Shown piece by piece: positions 1-9,806 of a DNA stretch of 64,000 bases. The stretch is from the NCBI GenBank assembly GCA_963771175.1, contig CAVYSY010000040.1, positions 352,001-416,000 on the forward strand. The letters are read 5' to 3'. Positions within the stretch are counted from its first letter, which is position 1. Every line of letters starts with the position of its first letter. Position numbers and translations under genes: made by a program. The notes beneath the pieces were generated by a model. The model worked only from the letters and a program-made list of their open reading frames with translations, did no database searches and was not told where the DNA came from. This stretch comes from an uncultured delta proteobacterium. Its GTDB lineage: Bacteria > Myxococcota > Myxococcia > Myxococcales > Myxococcaceae.

Positions 1-2513
1 CGCTCGCAGGGCCCCCTGGACTCCGATGAGATCCTCAGCCGCTTCGTCGGCTGGGTGGAGTCCACGGGCTGTCGCTCTACCCGGCGCAGGAGGAGGCCAT
101 CCTCGAGCTGCTCGCGGGCAAGCACCTGGTCCTCAAGACGCCCACCGGCTCGGGCAAGTCGCTGGTGGCCACGGCGCTGCACTTCAAGGCCATGGCCGAG
201 GGCAAGGCGTCCTTCTACACCTGCCCCATCAAGGCGCTGGTCAACGAGAAGTTCTTCGCGCTGTGCGAGGCCTTCGGCCCGGAGAACGTGGGCCTGATGA
301 CCGGCGACGCGACCATCAACCGCGAGGCGCCCATCCTCTGCTGCACGGCGGAGATCCTCGCCAACCTGGCCCTGCGCGACGCCACGCCGCGCGCGGACTA
401 CGTGGTGATGGACGAGTTCCACTACTACGCGGACCGCGAGCGCGGCATCGCCTGGCAGATTCCGCTGCATCACCCTGCCGGGCACCACGTTCCTGCTGAT
501 GTCGGCGACGCTGGGGGACACGCACCTCATCGAGGAGCGGCTGCAGGAGCTCACCGGCCGCGAGGTGGCCAGCGTGCGCAGCGCGCAGCGCCCGGTGCCG
601 CTGGACTTCGAGTACCGCGAGACGCCGCTGCACGAGACCATCGCAGGACCTGATCGCGCCTGGGGAAGGCGCCCATCTACCTGGTGAACTTCACGCAGCG
701 CGCCGCGGCCGAGCAGGCGCAGAACCTGATGAGCGTGGACTTCTCCACCAAGGAGGAGAAGGAGGCCATCCGGCAGGCGCTGATGGAGGCTCCGCTTCGA
801 CACGCCCTACGGCAAGGACTTCCAGCGCTTCCTGCGCCACGGCATCGGCATGCACCACGCGGGTCTGCTGCCCAAGTACCGGCTGCTGGTGGAGCGGCTG
901 GCGCAGACAGGGCCTGCTCAAGGTCATCAGCGGCACGGACACGCTGGGCGTGGGGGTGAACATCCCCATCCGCACGGTGCTCTTCACGCAGCTCTTCAAG
1001 TTCGACGGCGAGAAGCTGGCCACGCTGAGCGTGCGCGACTTCCAGCAGATCGCCGGCCGCGCGGGCCGCAAGGGCTTCGACACGCAGGGCAGCGTGGTGG
1101 CGCAGGCCCCCGAGCACGTCATCGAGAACGTGAAGATCGCCCAGAAGGAGGCGAAGGGCGGGAAGCGATGCCCCGCAAGCCGCCTCCGCAGAAGGGCTTC
1201 GTCAGCTACGACAAGAACACCTTCGAGCGCCTGCAGACCGGGCTCCCCGAGCCGCTGGAGTCCCGCTTCGAGGTGACGCACGGCTTGCTGCTCAACCTGC
1301 TGCAGAGCGAGATGGTGGGCGGGGCCGAGGGCTACCAGCGCCTGGTGCGGCTCATCTTCCGCTCGCACGGCTCGGACTACATCAAGCGCCGCAACCTGAA
1401 GGAGGCGGCGGCGTGCTTCCGCACCCTGCGCAACGCGGGCCTGGTGCTCGTGCACAAGGGCGAGGGGGGCTCGGGCGCGACGGTGTCGGTGGCGCCGGGG
1501 CTGCAGCGCGACTTCTCGCTCAACCAGACGCTGTCGCTCTACCTGCTGGACACGCTCAACAAGCTGGACCACGAGGCGGAGACGTACGCGCTGGACGTGG
1601 TGACGCTGGTGGAGTCCATCCTGCGAGAACCCCGAGGTGGTGCTCTACGCCCAGCTGCACGAGCTCAAGGGCGAGAAGATCGACGAGCTGAAGGCCCAGG
1701 GCATGGAGTACGACGAGCGGATGGAGGAGCTGGACAAGCTCGAGTGGCCCAAGCCCAACCGGGACTTCATCTACACCACCTTCAACGCCTTCGCGGAGAA
1801 GCACCCCTGGGTGGGCGCGGAGAACATCCGGCCCAAGTCCATCGTCCGCGACATGTTCGAGCGGTACCTGTCCTTCCACGACTACGTGCGCGAGTACGGC
1901 CTGCAGCGCAGCGAGGGCGTGCTGCTGCGCTACCTCGGAGACGTCTACAAGGCGCTCACCCAGACGGTGCCCGAGCGCTACCGCAACCAGGAGGTCAACG
2001 AGATCATCGAATGGATGCGCGCGATGATCCGCTACGTCGACCAGAGCCTGCTGGAGGAGTGGGAGCGGATGAAGAACCCGGGCGAGGTGGTCGTCCGCCG
2101 GGCCGAGGCGCCGGACCGGCGGCCGCAGGACCTCACGGACGATCCGCGGGCCTTCACGGCGCACGTGCGCAACGAGCTGCACCGGCTGCTGCGGGCGCTC
2201 GCGTACAGGCGCTACGCCGGATGCGCTGGCGCTGCTGCGGCTGGACGCGGGAGGGGAGGAGTGGACGGTGGCGAAGCTGGAGGAGGCGATGACGCCCTAC
2301 TTCGAGGAGCACGCGAGCGTGGTGCTCACCCCGCAGGCGCGTCGGCCGGCCAACACCTTCCTCAAGGAGACGGGCCCTCGGCAGTGGGAGGCCCAGCAGC
2401 GGATTCTCGACCCCGAGGGCCATGGCGACTGGATGCTCGACTGCGCCATCGACCTCACCGGCCGCAAGGTGGACGACGGTCCGCTGCTCACCCTGCGCCG
2501 CATCGGGACGTGA
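1..2513 (+). CDS. DEAD/DEAH-box (Ski2-like) helicase with DUF3516-like C-terminus; 5' partial, several frameshifts
   Basis: Motifs spread over several frames: TPTGSGKS (Walker A), [48 protein letters not shown]-terminal [11 protein letters not shown]...[16 protein letters not shown] at 2511-2513. Confidence 0.85.
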
Positions 2514-2514
2514 C

Positions 2515-5181
2515 ATGCGTCCCACTCGTTACGTCGATCCGCATCTGCGCAGGGATGTCCGGCTCCTGGGCCGGATGCTCGGGGACGTCCTCATCGAGCA
2601 GGAGGGGCAGGCCCTCTTCGATCTGGAGGAGCGCGTCCGGCGCCTCTCCAAGGAGCGCAGGCGTGGACCGAAGTCCGGGCGCCGGGCGGCCGCCTCGGAG
2701 CTGGCCGCGCTGCTCCGGGAGATGCCCCTGGGCCAGGCCGAGCCCGTGCTGCGCGCCTTCTCCACGTACTTCCGCCTCGTCAACCTCGCCGAGCAGCACC
2801 ACCGCATCCGCCGCACCCGCGAGCACGCCATCAGCCGCCAGGGTTCCCAGCGTGGCTCTCTGGAAGCGGTGATGCAGTCGCTGCGGCAGGCCGGCATTCC
2901 CGCCTCCCGGGTGCGGGAGCTGCTCATGTCCATGCGGGTGACGCTCACCCTCACCGCGCACCCGACCCAGGCCGCGCGCCGCACGGTGCTGGAGAAGACC
3001 TACCGCCTCGCCCGACTGCTCGAGGAGCGCGATCGCTGTTCCCTCACCCCGCGCGAGAAGGCCGATACCCGCGTGTCCATGCTCGAGGAGATCACCGCCC
3101 TCTGGCAGACGGACGAGCTGCGCCGCGAGCGGCCCACCGTGGGCGACGAGGTGAAGAACATCCTCTGGTACGTGGAGGAGGTGCTCGCCGAGCAGCTCGC
3201 GCTCATGCCGGAGACGCTCGACTGGTCCTTCGAGCGGGCCTTCGGCGAGCCGCTGGGAGTGCTCGCCACGCCCGTGCGCCTGCACTCGTGGGTGGGCGGG
3301 GACATGGATGGCAATCCGCTGGTGACGCCGGACGTGCTGGCGGACACGCTGCGCGCCCACCGGGCCCGCGGCCTTCGCGCGTTGATGACCGAGGTGTCCA
3401 GATTGGGCTGGGTGCTCACCCAGTCCGGGACCCATGCGTTCATCTCGAAGGAGCTGAAGGCCTCGCTCGAGAAGGACGCCGCGGAGCTGCCGGAGGTGAT
3501 GGCCCGGTATGGCCCGCGCACCGTGGGCGAGCCCTGGCGCCGCAAGCTGCGCTTCATCGAGGCCCGGCTCCAGGCCGCCCTGGTGTACGTCGAGGGCCGT
3601 CGCGCCGGTCGCACCGAGCCCCTCTCTCCCACCGCGTACCGCTCGCCCGCGGACTTCCTGGCGGACCTGGGCATCCTCGAGCGCTCGCTCATCGAGGCCA
3701 AGGCGCGGCAGGCCGGGCTGCGGAAGGTGCGCCGCCTCATGTCCCGGGTCCATGCCATGGGCTTCCACCTGGCGGAGCTGGAGGTGCGCGCGCCCGCCGA
3801 CGACGCGCGCAGCGCCGCCACTTCGTTGGAGGGTGGGCCCGCGCCGACGGAAGGTGGAGCGCGGCTGCTGGCCGTGCTGCAGCGGATGCGAGAGGCCCAG
3901 GCCGAGTCCGGCGAGGGGAGCTGCCGCACGCTCATCCTCTCCATGGCCTCCAGCGCCGAGGACGTGCTCGCGGCCTTCACCTGCGCGCGCCGCTCCGGCC
4001 TGTGGGACGAGGCGCGCGGGTGCGCCACCGTGGACGTGGTGCCCCTGTTCGAGCAGCTCGGCGCGCTCGACGACGGCCCCCGCATCCTGCGCGAGCTGTT
4101 CGCCCACCCCGAATACCGCCGGCACCTCCAGGCCCGGGGCGTCCAGGAGGTGATGGTGGGCTACAGCGACTCGGGCAAGGAGGTGGGGCTGCTCGCCGCG
4201 AGCGCCGCGCTCTACCGCGCCCAGTCCGCTCTCACCCAGGTGGCCCACGAGGCCGGTGTGCAACTGCGCCTCTTCCATGGTCGCGGCGAGACGGTGGCCC
4301 GAGGCGGCGGTCCCGCGCACGAGGCCATTCTCGCGCTCCCGCCCGGCAGTGTCGGCGGCACGTACAAGGCCACCGAGCAGGGCGAGGCGCTGGACCACAA
4401 GTACGCCCGGCCCGAGCTGGCCCGGCGCACGTTGGAGCTGGTGCTCGGCGGGGTGCTGCTGCACTCGCTCGATGCGCAGCCGCGCGTGTCGAGCGATGCG
4501 GAGGCCCCGTTCCGTGCCGCCTTCGATGAGCTGGCGGAGATGGGTCGCCGCGCCTACCGCTCGCTCGTGTGGGAGGACCCTGAGTTCGTCCCGTTCTTCC
4601 AGGCCGCCACGCCCATCGAGCAGATCGCCGCGTTGCCCATCGGCTCGCGGCCCAGCAAGCGCGCCGCTGGAGGACTGGAGTCCCTGCGCGCCATTCCCTG
4701 GGTCTTCGCCTGGACGCAGAACCGCGCCATCGTCCCGGGCTGGTATGGCGTGGGCACCGCGCTGGAGGAGTTCGGCTCCCGGCCCGAGGGCCTCGAGCTG
4801 CTCAAGCGCATGTATCGCCAGTGGCCCTTCTTCCACACCGTCATCGACAACGTGGCCATGGTGCTGGCGAAGGCGGACATGGCGATCGCCTCGCGCTATG
4901 CGGCGCTGGCGCCCGACTCCACGCGCCCGTTGTGGGAGCGCATCCGCGCCGAGTACTCGCGCACCCGCCGCTGGGTGAAGCGCGTGACGGGCGAGTCGCG
5001 CCTCCTGGAGGGAAACCAGCAGCTCCGGCAGAGCATCGCCCTGCGCAACCCCTACGTGGACCCCATCTCCTTCCTCCAGGTGGAGCTGCTCCGCAGGAAG
5101 AGGGCGGGGTGCGACAATTGCGATCGGCCGCTCCTGCTATCTCTGGCCGGAATCGCCGCGGGCATGCGCAACACCGGGTGA
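2515..5181 (+). CDS. ppc: Phosphoenolpyruvate carboxylase
   Basis: LTAHPTQ, LWQTDELR, VMVGYSDSGK, FHGRG..RGGGP, TEQGE, LRAIPW, LRNPY and C-terminal GIAAGMRNTG. ATG at 2515, just after the helicase stop. Confidence 0.95.
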   Translation: MRPTRYVDPHLRRDVRLLGRMLGDVLIEQEGQALFDLEERVRRLSKERRRGPKSGRRAAASELAALLREMPLGQAEPVLRAFSTYFRLVNLAEQHHRIRRTREHAISRQGSQRGSLEAVMQSLRQAGIPASRVRELLMSMRVTLTLTAHPTQAARRTVLEKTYRLARLLEERDRCSLTPREKADTRVSMLEEITALWQTDELRRERPTVGDEVKNILWYVEEVLAEQLALMPETLDWSFERAFGEPLGVLATPVRLHSWVGGDMDGNPLVTPDVLADTLRAHRARGLRALMTEVSRLGWVLTQSGTHAFISKELKASLEKDAAELPEVMARYGPRTVGEPWRRKLRFIEARLQAALVYVEGRRAGRTEPLSPTAYRSPADFLADLGILERSLIEAKARQAGLRKVRRLMSRVHAMGFHLAELEVRAPADDARSAATSLEGGPAPTEGGARLLAVLQRMREAQAESGEGSCRTLILSMASSAEDVLAAFTCARRSGLWDEARGCATVDVVPLFEQLGALDDGPRILRELFAHPEYRRHLQARGVQEVMVGYSDSGKEVGLLAASAALYRAQSALTQVAHEAGVQLRLFHGRGETVARGGGPAHEAILALPPGSVGGTYKATEQGEALDHKYARPELARRTLELVLGGVLLHSLDAQPRVSSDAEAPFRAAFDELAEMGRRAYRSLVWEDPEFVPFFQAATPIEQIAALPIGSRPSKRAAGGLESLRAIPWVFAWTQNRAIVPGWYGVGTALEEFGSRPEGLELLKRMYRQWPFFHTVIDNVAMVLAKADMAIASRYAALAPDSTRPLWERIRAEYSRTRRWVKRVTGESRLLEGNQQLRQSIALRNPYVDPISFLQVELLRRKRAGCDNCDRPLLLSLAGIAAGMRNTG

Positions 5182-5194
5182 GCCGAAACAACCA

Positions 5195-5229
5195 GGGCCG
5201 GAGCCCTTGTCTTCAGTGGCTTCCGGCCC
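5195..5229. terminator. GC-rich hairpin between convergent genes
   Basis: GGGCCGGAGCC ... GGCTTCCGGCCC, an imperfect inverted repeat just after the ppc stop. Confidence 0.45.
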
Positions 5230-5268
5230 CGGGTCGCGCCCCCCCGACTCATGGAAGGGGGAGAGGCT

Positions 5269-6165
5269 TTACTGCACGCAGGCCCCCACTCCCGCGAAGT
5301 CCCGCAGTGGCTCGCAGCGTCCGGACGCGCAGCCCGGTTCGCCCGAGGGGCTGCGGCACAGCCGGTGGCACGTCAGTCCGGCTCCGTCGTTCACGCACGC
5401 GCTCCCCGGCCGGCAGTCGTTCGAGTACGTGCAGGGGGAGCCATCCTCCACCGCTCCCGCCGTGACGCACACCGGCCCGCTCGTCGGCGAGGGGTAGCAC
5501 CCCAGCGAGCTCGCGCAGCCCTGTGCCAGCGGATCGCACCTGGGCCCCGGCTCCGCGCACACCCTTGGCAGCTCGTCCGAGCCCGTGAAGCGCAGCACCT
5601 CGATGCAGTCGCCCGGCGCCGTGCATTGCGTGCTCGCGTGGCAGAACTTCTCGCACACGAAGGTCGTGCCCCCGTCCGGTGCCGGCTGATCCACGCAGTA
5701 CAGCCCCGCCTTGCACGTATCGTGGAAGTCGCCCTCCGGTGTCGCGGTGCTCTGGCAGGCCCCGCCCTCCGTCACCGTCCCGTCCGGGACGCAGCGGCGG
5801 CTCGTCGCGCCCCCCTGGCGCACGTAGGTGCACTTCTTCCCCGTCGGACAGTCCTGCGCTACCGGATCGCACTCGCCCGGGAAGCAGAGGTTGCCCTGCC
5901 CACCGTCCTCCTGCACACCGCGCAGGCAGAGCGCACCGGCGTCACAGCCCCGCTGACGCGCCACGTCGCAGCCCGAGGCCGTCTCCCCCGCATCGTCCTG
6001 GCCCCCGTCCCGGCCCGGCGTGCTCCCATTCGTCGTGTCCCGCCCGCCATCGGCCCCGGGGCCGTTCCCCGAGTCGCCGCGGCCCTGGCCGTTGCCATTC
6101 CGGCAGGCGCCCAGCAAGCCGCTGATAATGAGGATACTGGTCAAAAGAAGGACGTTCGCCCGCAT
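5269..6165 (-). CDS. Cys-rich lipoprotein (myxobacterial type)
   Basis: Hydrophobic N-terminus with lipobox LLGA-C, a Gly/Asp linker, three CDxxxQxC-like modules and many paired Cys. Confidence 0.8.
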   Translation of the reverse strand: MRANVLLLTSILIISGLLGACRNGNGQGRGDSGNGPGADGGRDTTNGSTPGRDGGQDDAGETASGCDVARQRGCDAGALCLRGVQEDGGQGNLCFPGECDPVAQDCPTGKKCTYVRQGGATSRRCVPDGTVTEGGACQSTATPEGDFHDTCKAGLYCVDQPAPDGGTTFVCEKFCHASTQCTAPGDCIEVLRFTGSDELPRVCAEPGPRCDPLAQGCASSLGCYPSPTSGPVCVTAGAVEDGSPCTYSNDCRPGSACVNDGAGLTCHRLCRSPSGEPGCASGRCEPLRDFAGVGACVQ

Positions 6166-6350
6166 TCCAATCCCCGGCTGGAGTGACGAACGTGACTAAT
6201 AAGACGTCCGTGTAGAAACGGGCCCCCCTTGAACAAGACATGGAGGACAGCGGACACTTGCCGGGACAATCAAGCTGTCGCGAGGTCCTCGACCTGCCGC
6301 GTCATCTTCGTGCTTCCCACCCAGCAGAGAGCCCGAGGAATCGAGTGCGC

Positions 6351-6713
6351 ATGACCATGAAGACGGCCGAAGCCGCGGAGTCGCCGGATATGGTGTTCGC
6401 CAACAGGAGGGCCCATGAGCGGGTGTCCGCCACGTTCGATGTTCGCTTCCTGGATGCCCGGGACGCGGCGCGAGCGCTGCGCGCCTACTCGCTCAATCTG
6501 TCGGCGGGGGGGCTGTGCCTGCGCACGCGCCGCTCCTACGACGTGGGCGCGCGCGTGCGCCTGCAGCTGAGCGTGAGCGGAGAGGACTTCGAGCTCGAGG
6601 GCATCATCTCCTGGGTGCGGGACGATGCCGAGGCGATCGGCGTGCGGTTCGTCGACGTCAGCGATGCGGACCAGTCCCGCCTGCAGCGCGTGGTGACCAG
6701 CTTCAAGCGCTGA
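6351..6713 (+). CDS. Single-domain PilZ protein (TIGR02266-like)
   Basis: RRAHER (RxxxR) and NLSAGG ((D/N)xSxxG) c-di-GMP-binding motifs; IGVRF near the C-terminus. Confidence 0.85.
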   Translation: MTMKTAEAAESPDMVFANRRAHERVSATFDVRFLDARDAARALRAYSLNLSAGGLCLRTRRSYDVGARVRLQLSVSGEDFELEGIISWVRDDAEAIGVRFVDVSDADQSRLQRVVTSFKR

Positions 6714-6727
6714 GTGCCGGGGCTGTG

Positions 6728-6754
6728 ACCCCGGGGCTTTCGTGGCCCCGGGGT
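6728..6754. terminator. Hairpin between convergent PilZ and GNAT genes
   Basis: Perfect 10-bp arms ACCCCGGGGC-N7-GCCCCGGGGT. Confidence 0.6.
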
Positions 6755-6763
6755 GGCGCGCGA

Positions 6764-7251
6764 CTAGCGGTGCTGACCCTCCAGCTTCTCGTAGCGCATC
6801 ACCATGTTGTCCACCCGGACGAAGCCGCGGGCCTCGAAGAAGGAGGCCAGCTCTTCCAGGGCGTAGGCGCTCACCTCCACCCGCTTCACGCTCAGGGCCC
6901 GCTCGCCGCAACGGTCGAGCACATGCTCCATGAGCGCCTTGCCCACGCCGCGGCAGCGCCAGGTCTCCGTCACCACCAGCTCGTCCACGGTCGCGATGCG
7001 TCCGCGCAGCCGGAGCTGCGGCCGGTGCGACAGCGACACCATGCCCACGGGCCTGTCCTGCGGGTCCGCCGCCACGAAGATCTCGATCTCCGGGTGGCTG
7101 ATCACCCAGTGGACCGTCTGGGCATCCGAGCCGTGGGCGTAGCCCAGCTCGCGCAGGAGCGTGGCGAGGCTCTCGGCATCACCGCGGCGAGCGCGGCGAA
7201 TGCGGAAGGGGGGGCGTCCGGGGCGGGAGTTCTCGATGGCGTCGATTGCAC
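6764..7251 (-). CDS. GNAT-family N-acetyltransferase (5' end probably has a homopolymer frameshift)
   Basis: VDELVV..WRCRGVGKALM acetyl-CoA motif and FFEARGF. The frame extends upstream as IRRARRGDAESLATLLRELGY. A GTG at 7251 with a GGAG RBS joins this frame if the C7 run near 7208-7214 is really C8. Confidence 0.8.
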
Positions 7252-7356
7252 GGCTGCTCCAGTCTACAGGGGGGCGCCCACATCGAAAAGGGACAGGGCG
7301 GCTCCGGACACGAATCCGGGCCGCCCCGTGCTTGACGACTTCTCGCGGAGTGAGAA

Positions 7357-8412
7357 CTACGGCTGCTCGGACGCCAGGGAGCGGATGGCCGAGGTGATGT
7401 CACCCTGCTGGGGCACCGAGGCCATCTCCAGCGTGTCGGCCAGGCCGATGCCCGGCACGAACTTGCCGGCCAGCAGCCGGGGCGCCGCTACCAGCTTGTA
7501 GAAGAGCTCCTCCACCGCGCGGCGCATCAGGTGCTCACCGAAGTTGGTGACCTCGGTGTCCTCGTTGACGAAGAGCACGCGGCCCGTCTTCTCGATGGAG
7601 CCCTTGATGAGCTCCCAGTCGTAGGGCCACAGGGTGCGCATGTCGATGACCTCGGCGTCCACGCCCTCGCTGGCCAGGTCGTCCGCGGCCTTCTTGCACA
7701 GCGGCAGCGTGCGGCCGTAGCTCACCACCGTCACCTGCGAGCCCGAGCGCACCACCTTGCCCTTGCCGATGGGCACCGCGTACGCCTCGAGCTGCGGCCA
7801 CTGCGGCTTCCACTGCGAGCGGTCGCCCAGCGGCGCGTCGATCATCTTCGACAGCAGCTTCTCGTCCTCCGGCTCGCCCGGAATCCGCTCCTCGCCCTTG
7901 ATGCGCAGCAGCGCCTTGGGCTCCAGGTACATGACGGGGTTGATCTCCTGGCAGGCGGAGATCATCAGGCCGTACGCATCCAGCGGATTGGAGGGGATGA
8001 CGATCTTCCAGCCCGGGATGTGGGTGGCCGTCGCGTCGAAGGAATGCGAGTGGTAGATGGAGCCGCGGATGCCGCTGCCCACCGGGGTCTTCACCACCAT
8101 GGGCAGGTTCCAGTCCCCGTTGGTGGCCCAGCAGGTGTTGCCGGCGATCTTCAGCAGATCGATGGTGTTGTAGATGTAGTCGGCGAACTGGATCTCCGCG
8201 ACGGGCCGGGAGCCGGCCATGGCCAGACCGATGGCCATGCCGATGATGCCGCGCTCGTCCAGGGGCGAGTTCCACGCCTTCTCGAGGCCCTGCGTGGCGG
8301 TGAAGACGCCGCCCAGGGGGGCGCCCACGTCCTCACCGAAGATGTCGGTGACGCCGAGGTGCTGCTCGGCGTAGTGGAGGGCCATGCGAACGGCCTGTGC
8401 CATGTTGGCCAT
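7357..8412 (-). CDS. 2-oxoacid (probably 2-oxoisovalerate) dehydrogenase E1 beta subunit
   Basis: FGEDVG..GGVFTATQGL, NSPLDERGI, PVAEIQFADY, HSHS, EVIDMRTLWP. Confidence 0.9.
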   Translation of the reverse strand: MANMAQAVRMALHYAEQHLGVTDIFGEDVGAPLGGVFTATQGLEKAWNSPLDERGIIGMAIGLAMAGSRPVAEIQFADYIYNTIDLLKIAGNTCWATNGDWNLPMVVKTPVGSGIRGSIYHSHSFDATATHIPGWKIVIPSNPLDAYGLMISACQEINPVMYLEPKALLRIKGEERIPGEPEDEKLLSKMIDAPLGDRSQWKPQWPQLEAYAVPIGKGKVVRSGSQVTVVSYGRTLPLCKKAADDLASEGVDAEVIDMRTLWPYDWELIKGSIEKTGRVLFVNEDTEVTNFGEHLMRRAVEELFYKLVAAPRLLAGKFVPGIGLADTLEMASVPQQGDITSAIRSLASEQP

Positions 8413-8415
8413 GGG

Positions 8416-9423
8416 TTACTTCCTCTCCGCGAAGATGTGGTTCCAGATGGTCTCGGGGGCCGGCAGCGGCTCCTCGCGGACCTGACGGGCCATGGCGGCC
8501 ATGTCCTCGGTGTAGCGGTTGCGCAGGTCGTCCATCTCCTTGCGCGAGAGGACGCCGTGCTTCTCCAGGCGCGTCTCGAACTGCGCCAGGCAGTCCTGCT
8601 CGTTGCCCACGAAGTTGGCGCCGGACGCCGAGGAGTGCCCGTACAGGCGCGACACCATGGCCTCCATCAGGAACGGCTTGCGCTCCTTGCGCACGTACTC
8701 CATCGCCTCCTGCAGCTCCTGGTAGGCGTTGATGGGATCGTTGCCGTCGATCGTCTTCGTGCGGATGTTGAAGGCCTTGCCGCGATCCGCCACGTGGGTC
8801 TCGCCGTGCTGGGTGTCCGCCGACGTGGAGATGCCCCACTTGTTGTTGGTGACGATGATGAGGAGGGGCAGCTCGCTGCCCGGGCGCGAGCTCCACACCA
8901 GGCACGAGGCGAAATCGCCCTCGGCCGTGCCCGCGTCACCGCCGGTGACGATGGTGATGCCGTCGCCGCCGTGGCGCTTCTGCGCCAGCGCCGTGCCCGG
9001 GGCCATCACGTACTGGACCTCGATGGGGGAGGACACCGGCGCGATGTTCCACTCGCGCTTGGAGAAGTGGCCCGCGAAGTTGCGGCCGCCGGAGTAGGGG
9101 TCCGCCGCCACGTTCTTCATCTGCCGCAGCGCCCCGATGGGCTCCTCGCCCAGCGCCATCATCGTGGCCGACTGGCGGTAGTGCGCGTGCAGGTAGTCGT
9201 AGGCCGGGCCCTGGCCCTTCTTCATGAGCAGGCCGAGCGGGACGTTGAAGGCCTCCTCGCCGGGGCCGCCGATCCAGAAGTACCCGTGGCCCTGCTTGTA
9301 CATCTGGATGAGGCGCTCTTCGAGGACGCGCGCCTTCACCATCAGGTCGTGCATCCGGACCAGGAGCTCCCGATCGAGTGGGAGCGAGTCTTCTTCGCGA
9401 TTGAGGAGGCGGGGTTTTGGCAC
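8416..9423 (-). CDS. 2-oxoacid (probably 2-oxoisovalerate) dehydrogenase E1 alpha subunit
   Basis: TPP motif GDAGTAEGDF...NNKWGIS and RLYGHS; adjacent to the beta subunit gene. Confidence 0.9.
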   Translation of the reverse strand: MPKPRLLNREEDSLPLDRELLVRMHDLMVKARVLEERLIQMYKQGHGYFWIGGPGEEAFNVPLGLLMKKGQGPAYDYLHAHYRQSATMMALGEEPIGALRQMKNVAADPYSGGRNFAGHFSKREWNIAPVSSPIEVQYVMAPGTALAQKRHGGDGITIVTGGDAGTAEGDFASCLVWSSRPGSELPLLIIVTNNKWGISTSADTQHGETHVADRGKAFNIRTKTIDGNDPINAYQELQEAMEYVRKERKPFLMEAMVSRLYGHSSASGANFVGNEQDCLAQFETRLEKHGVLSRKEMDDLRNRYTEDMAAMARQVREEPLPAPETIWNHIFAERK

Positions 9424-9753
9424 GCGCGTCTCTCTGGGTTGAAATAGGGGGATGAGCGGGGCCCCTCATACCCCAAAGGTGCCCCGAATACTCAAGGGCC
9501 CCGTGCCGGATCCGCCGTCCCGATTTTGCCGCGCTGCGGCGTGCGCAACCCCCTGTTCGCGGCCGACTTGCCGCCTCGTGCCGCACGCCTGGGAAGGTGA
9601 GGCTGCTGGACGTGAGTAGGGTGTTTGATGGTGGGGTTGTCCGAGGACAGCGACGCCAGATGGACTGGCGGCGGGGGCCAATACCCGAAGTGGAGCCGCT
9701 CCCGCACATCCAGGCGGATCCAGCTACCCTCTAGGTTTCTCATGGAGTTGCGC

Positions 9754-9775
9754 TAAAGTGGGTCTCCCCACTTTA
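9754..9775. promoter_or_regulatory. Perfect inverted repeat, candidate operator
   Basis: TAAAGTGGG-TCTC-CCCACTTTA, about 30 bp upstream of the SpoIIE gene in a divergent intergenic region. Confidence 0.5.
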
Positions 9776-9806
9776 CTTATCCGTAGCGCGGTCCCAGCCG
9801 CTCCGG

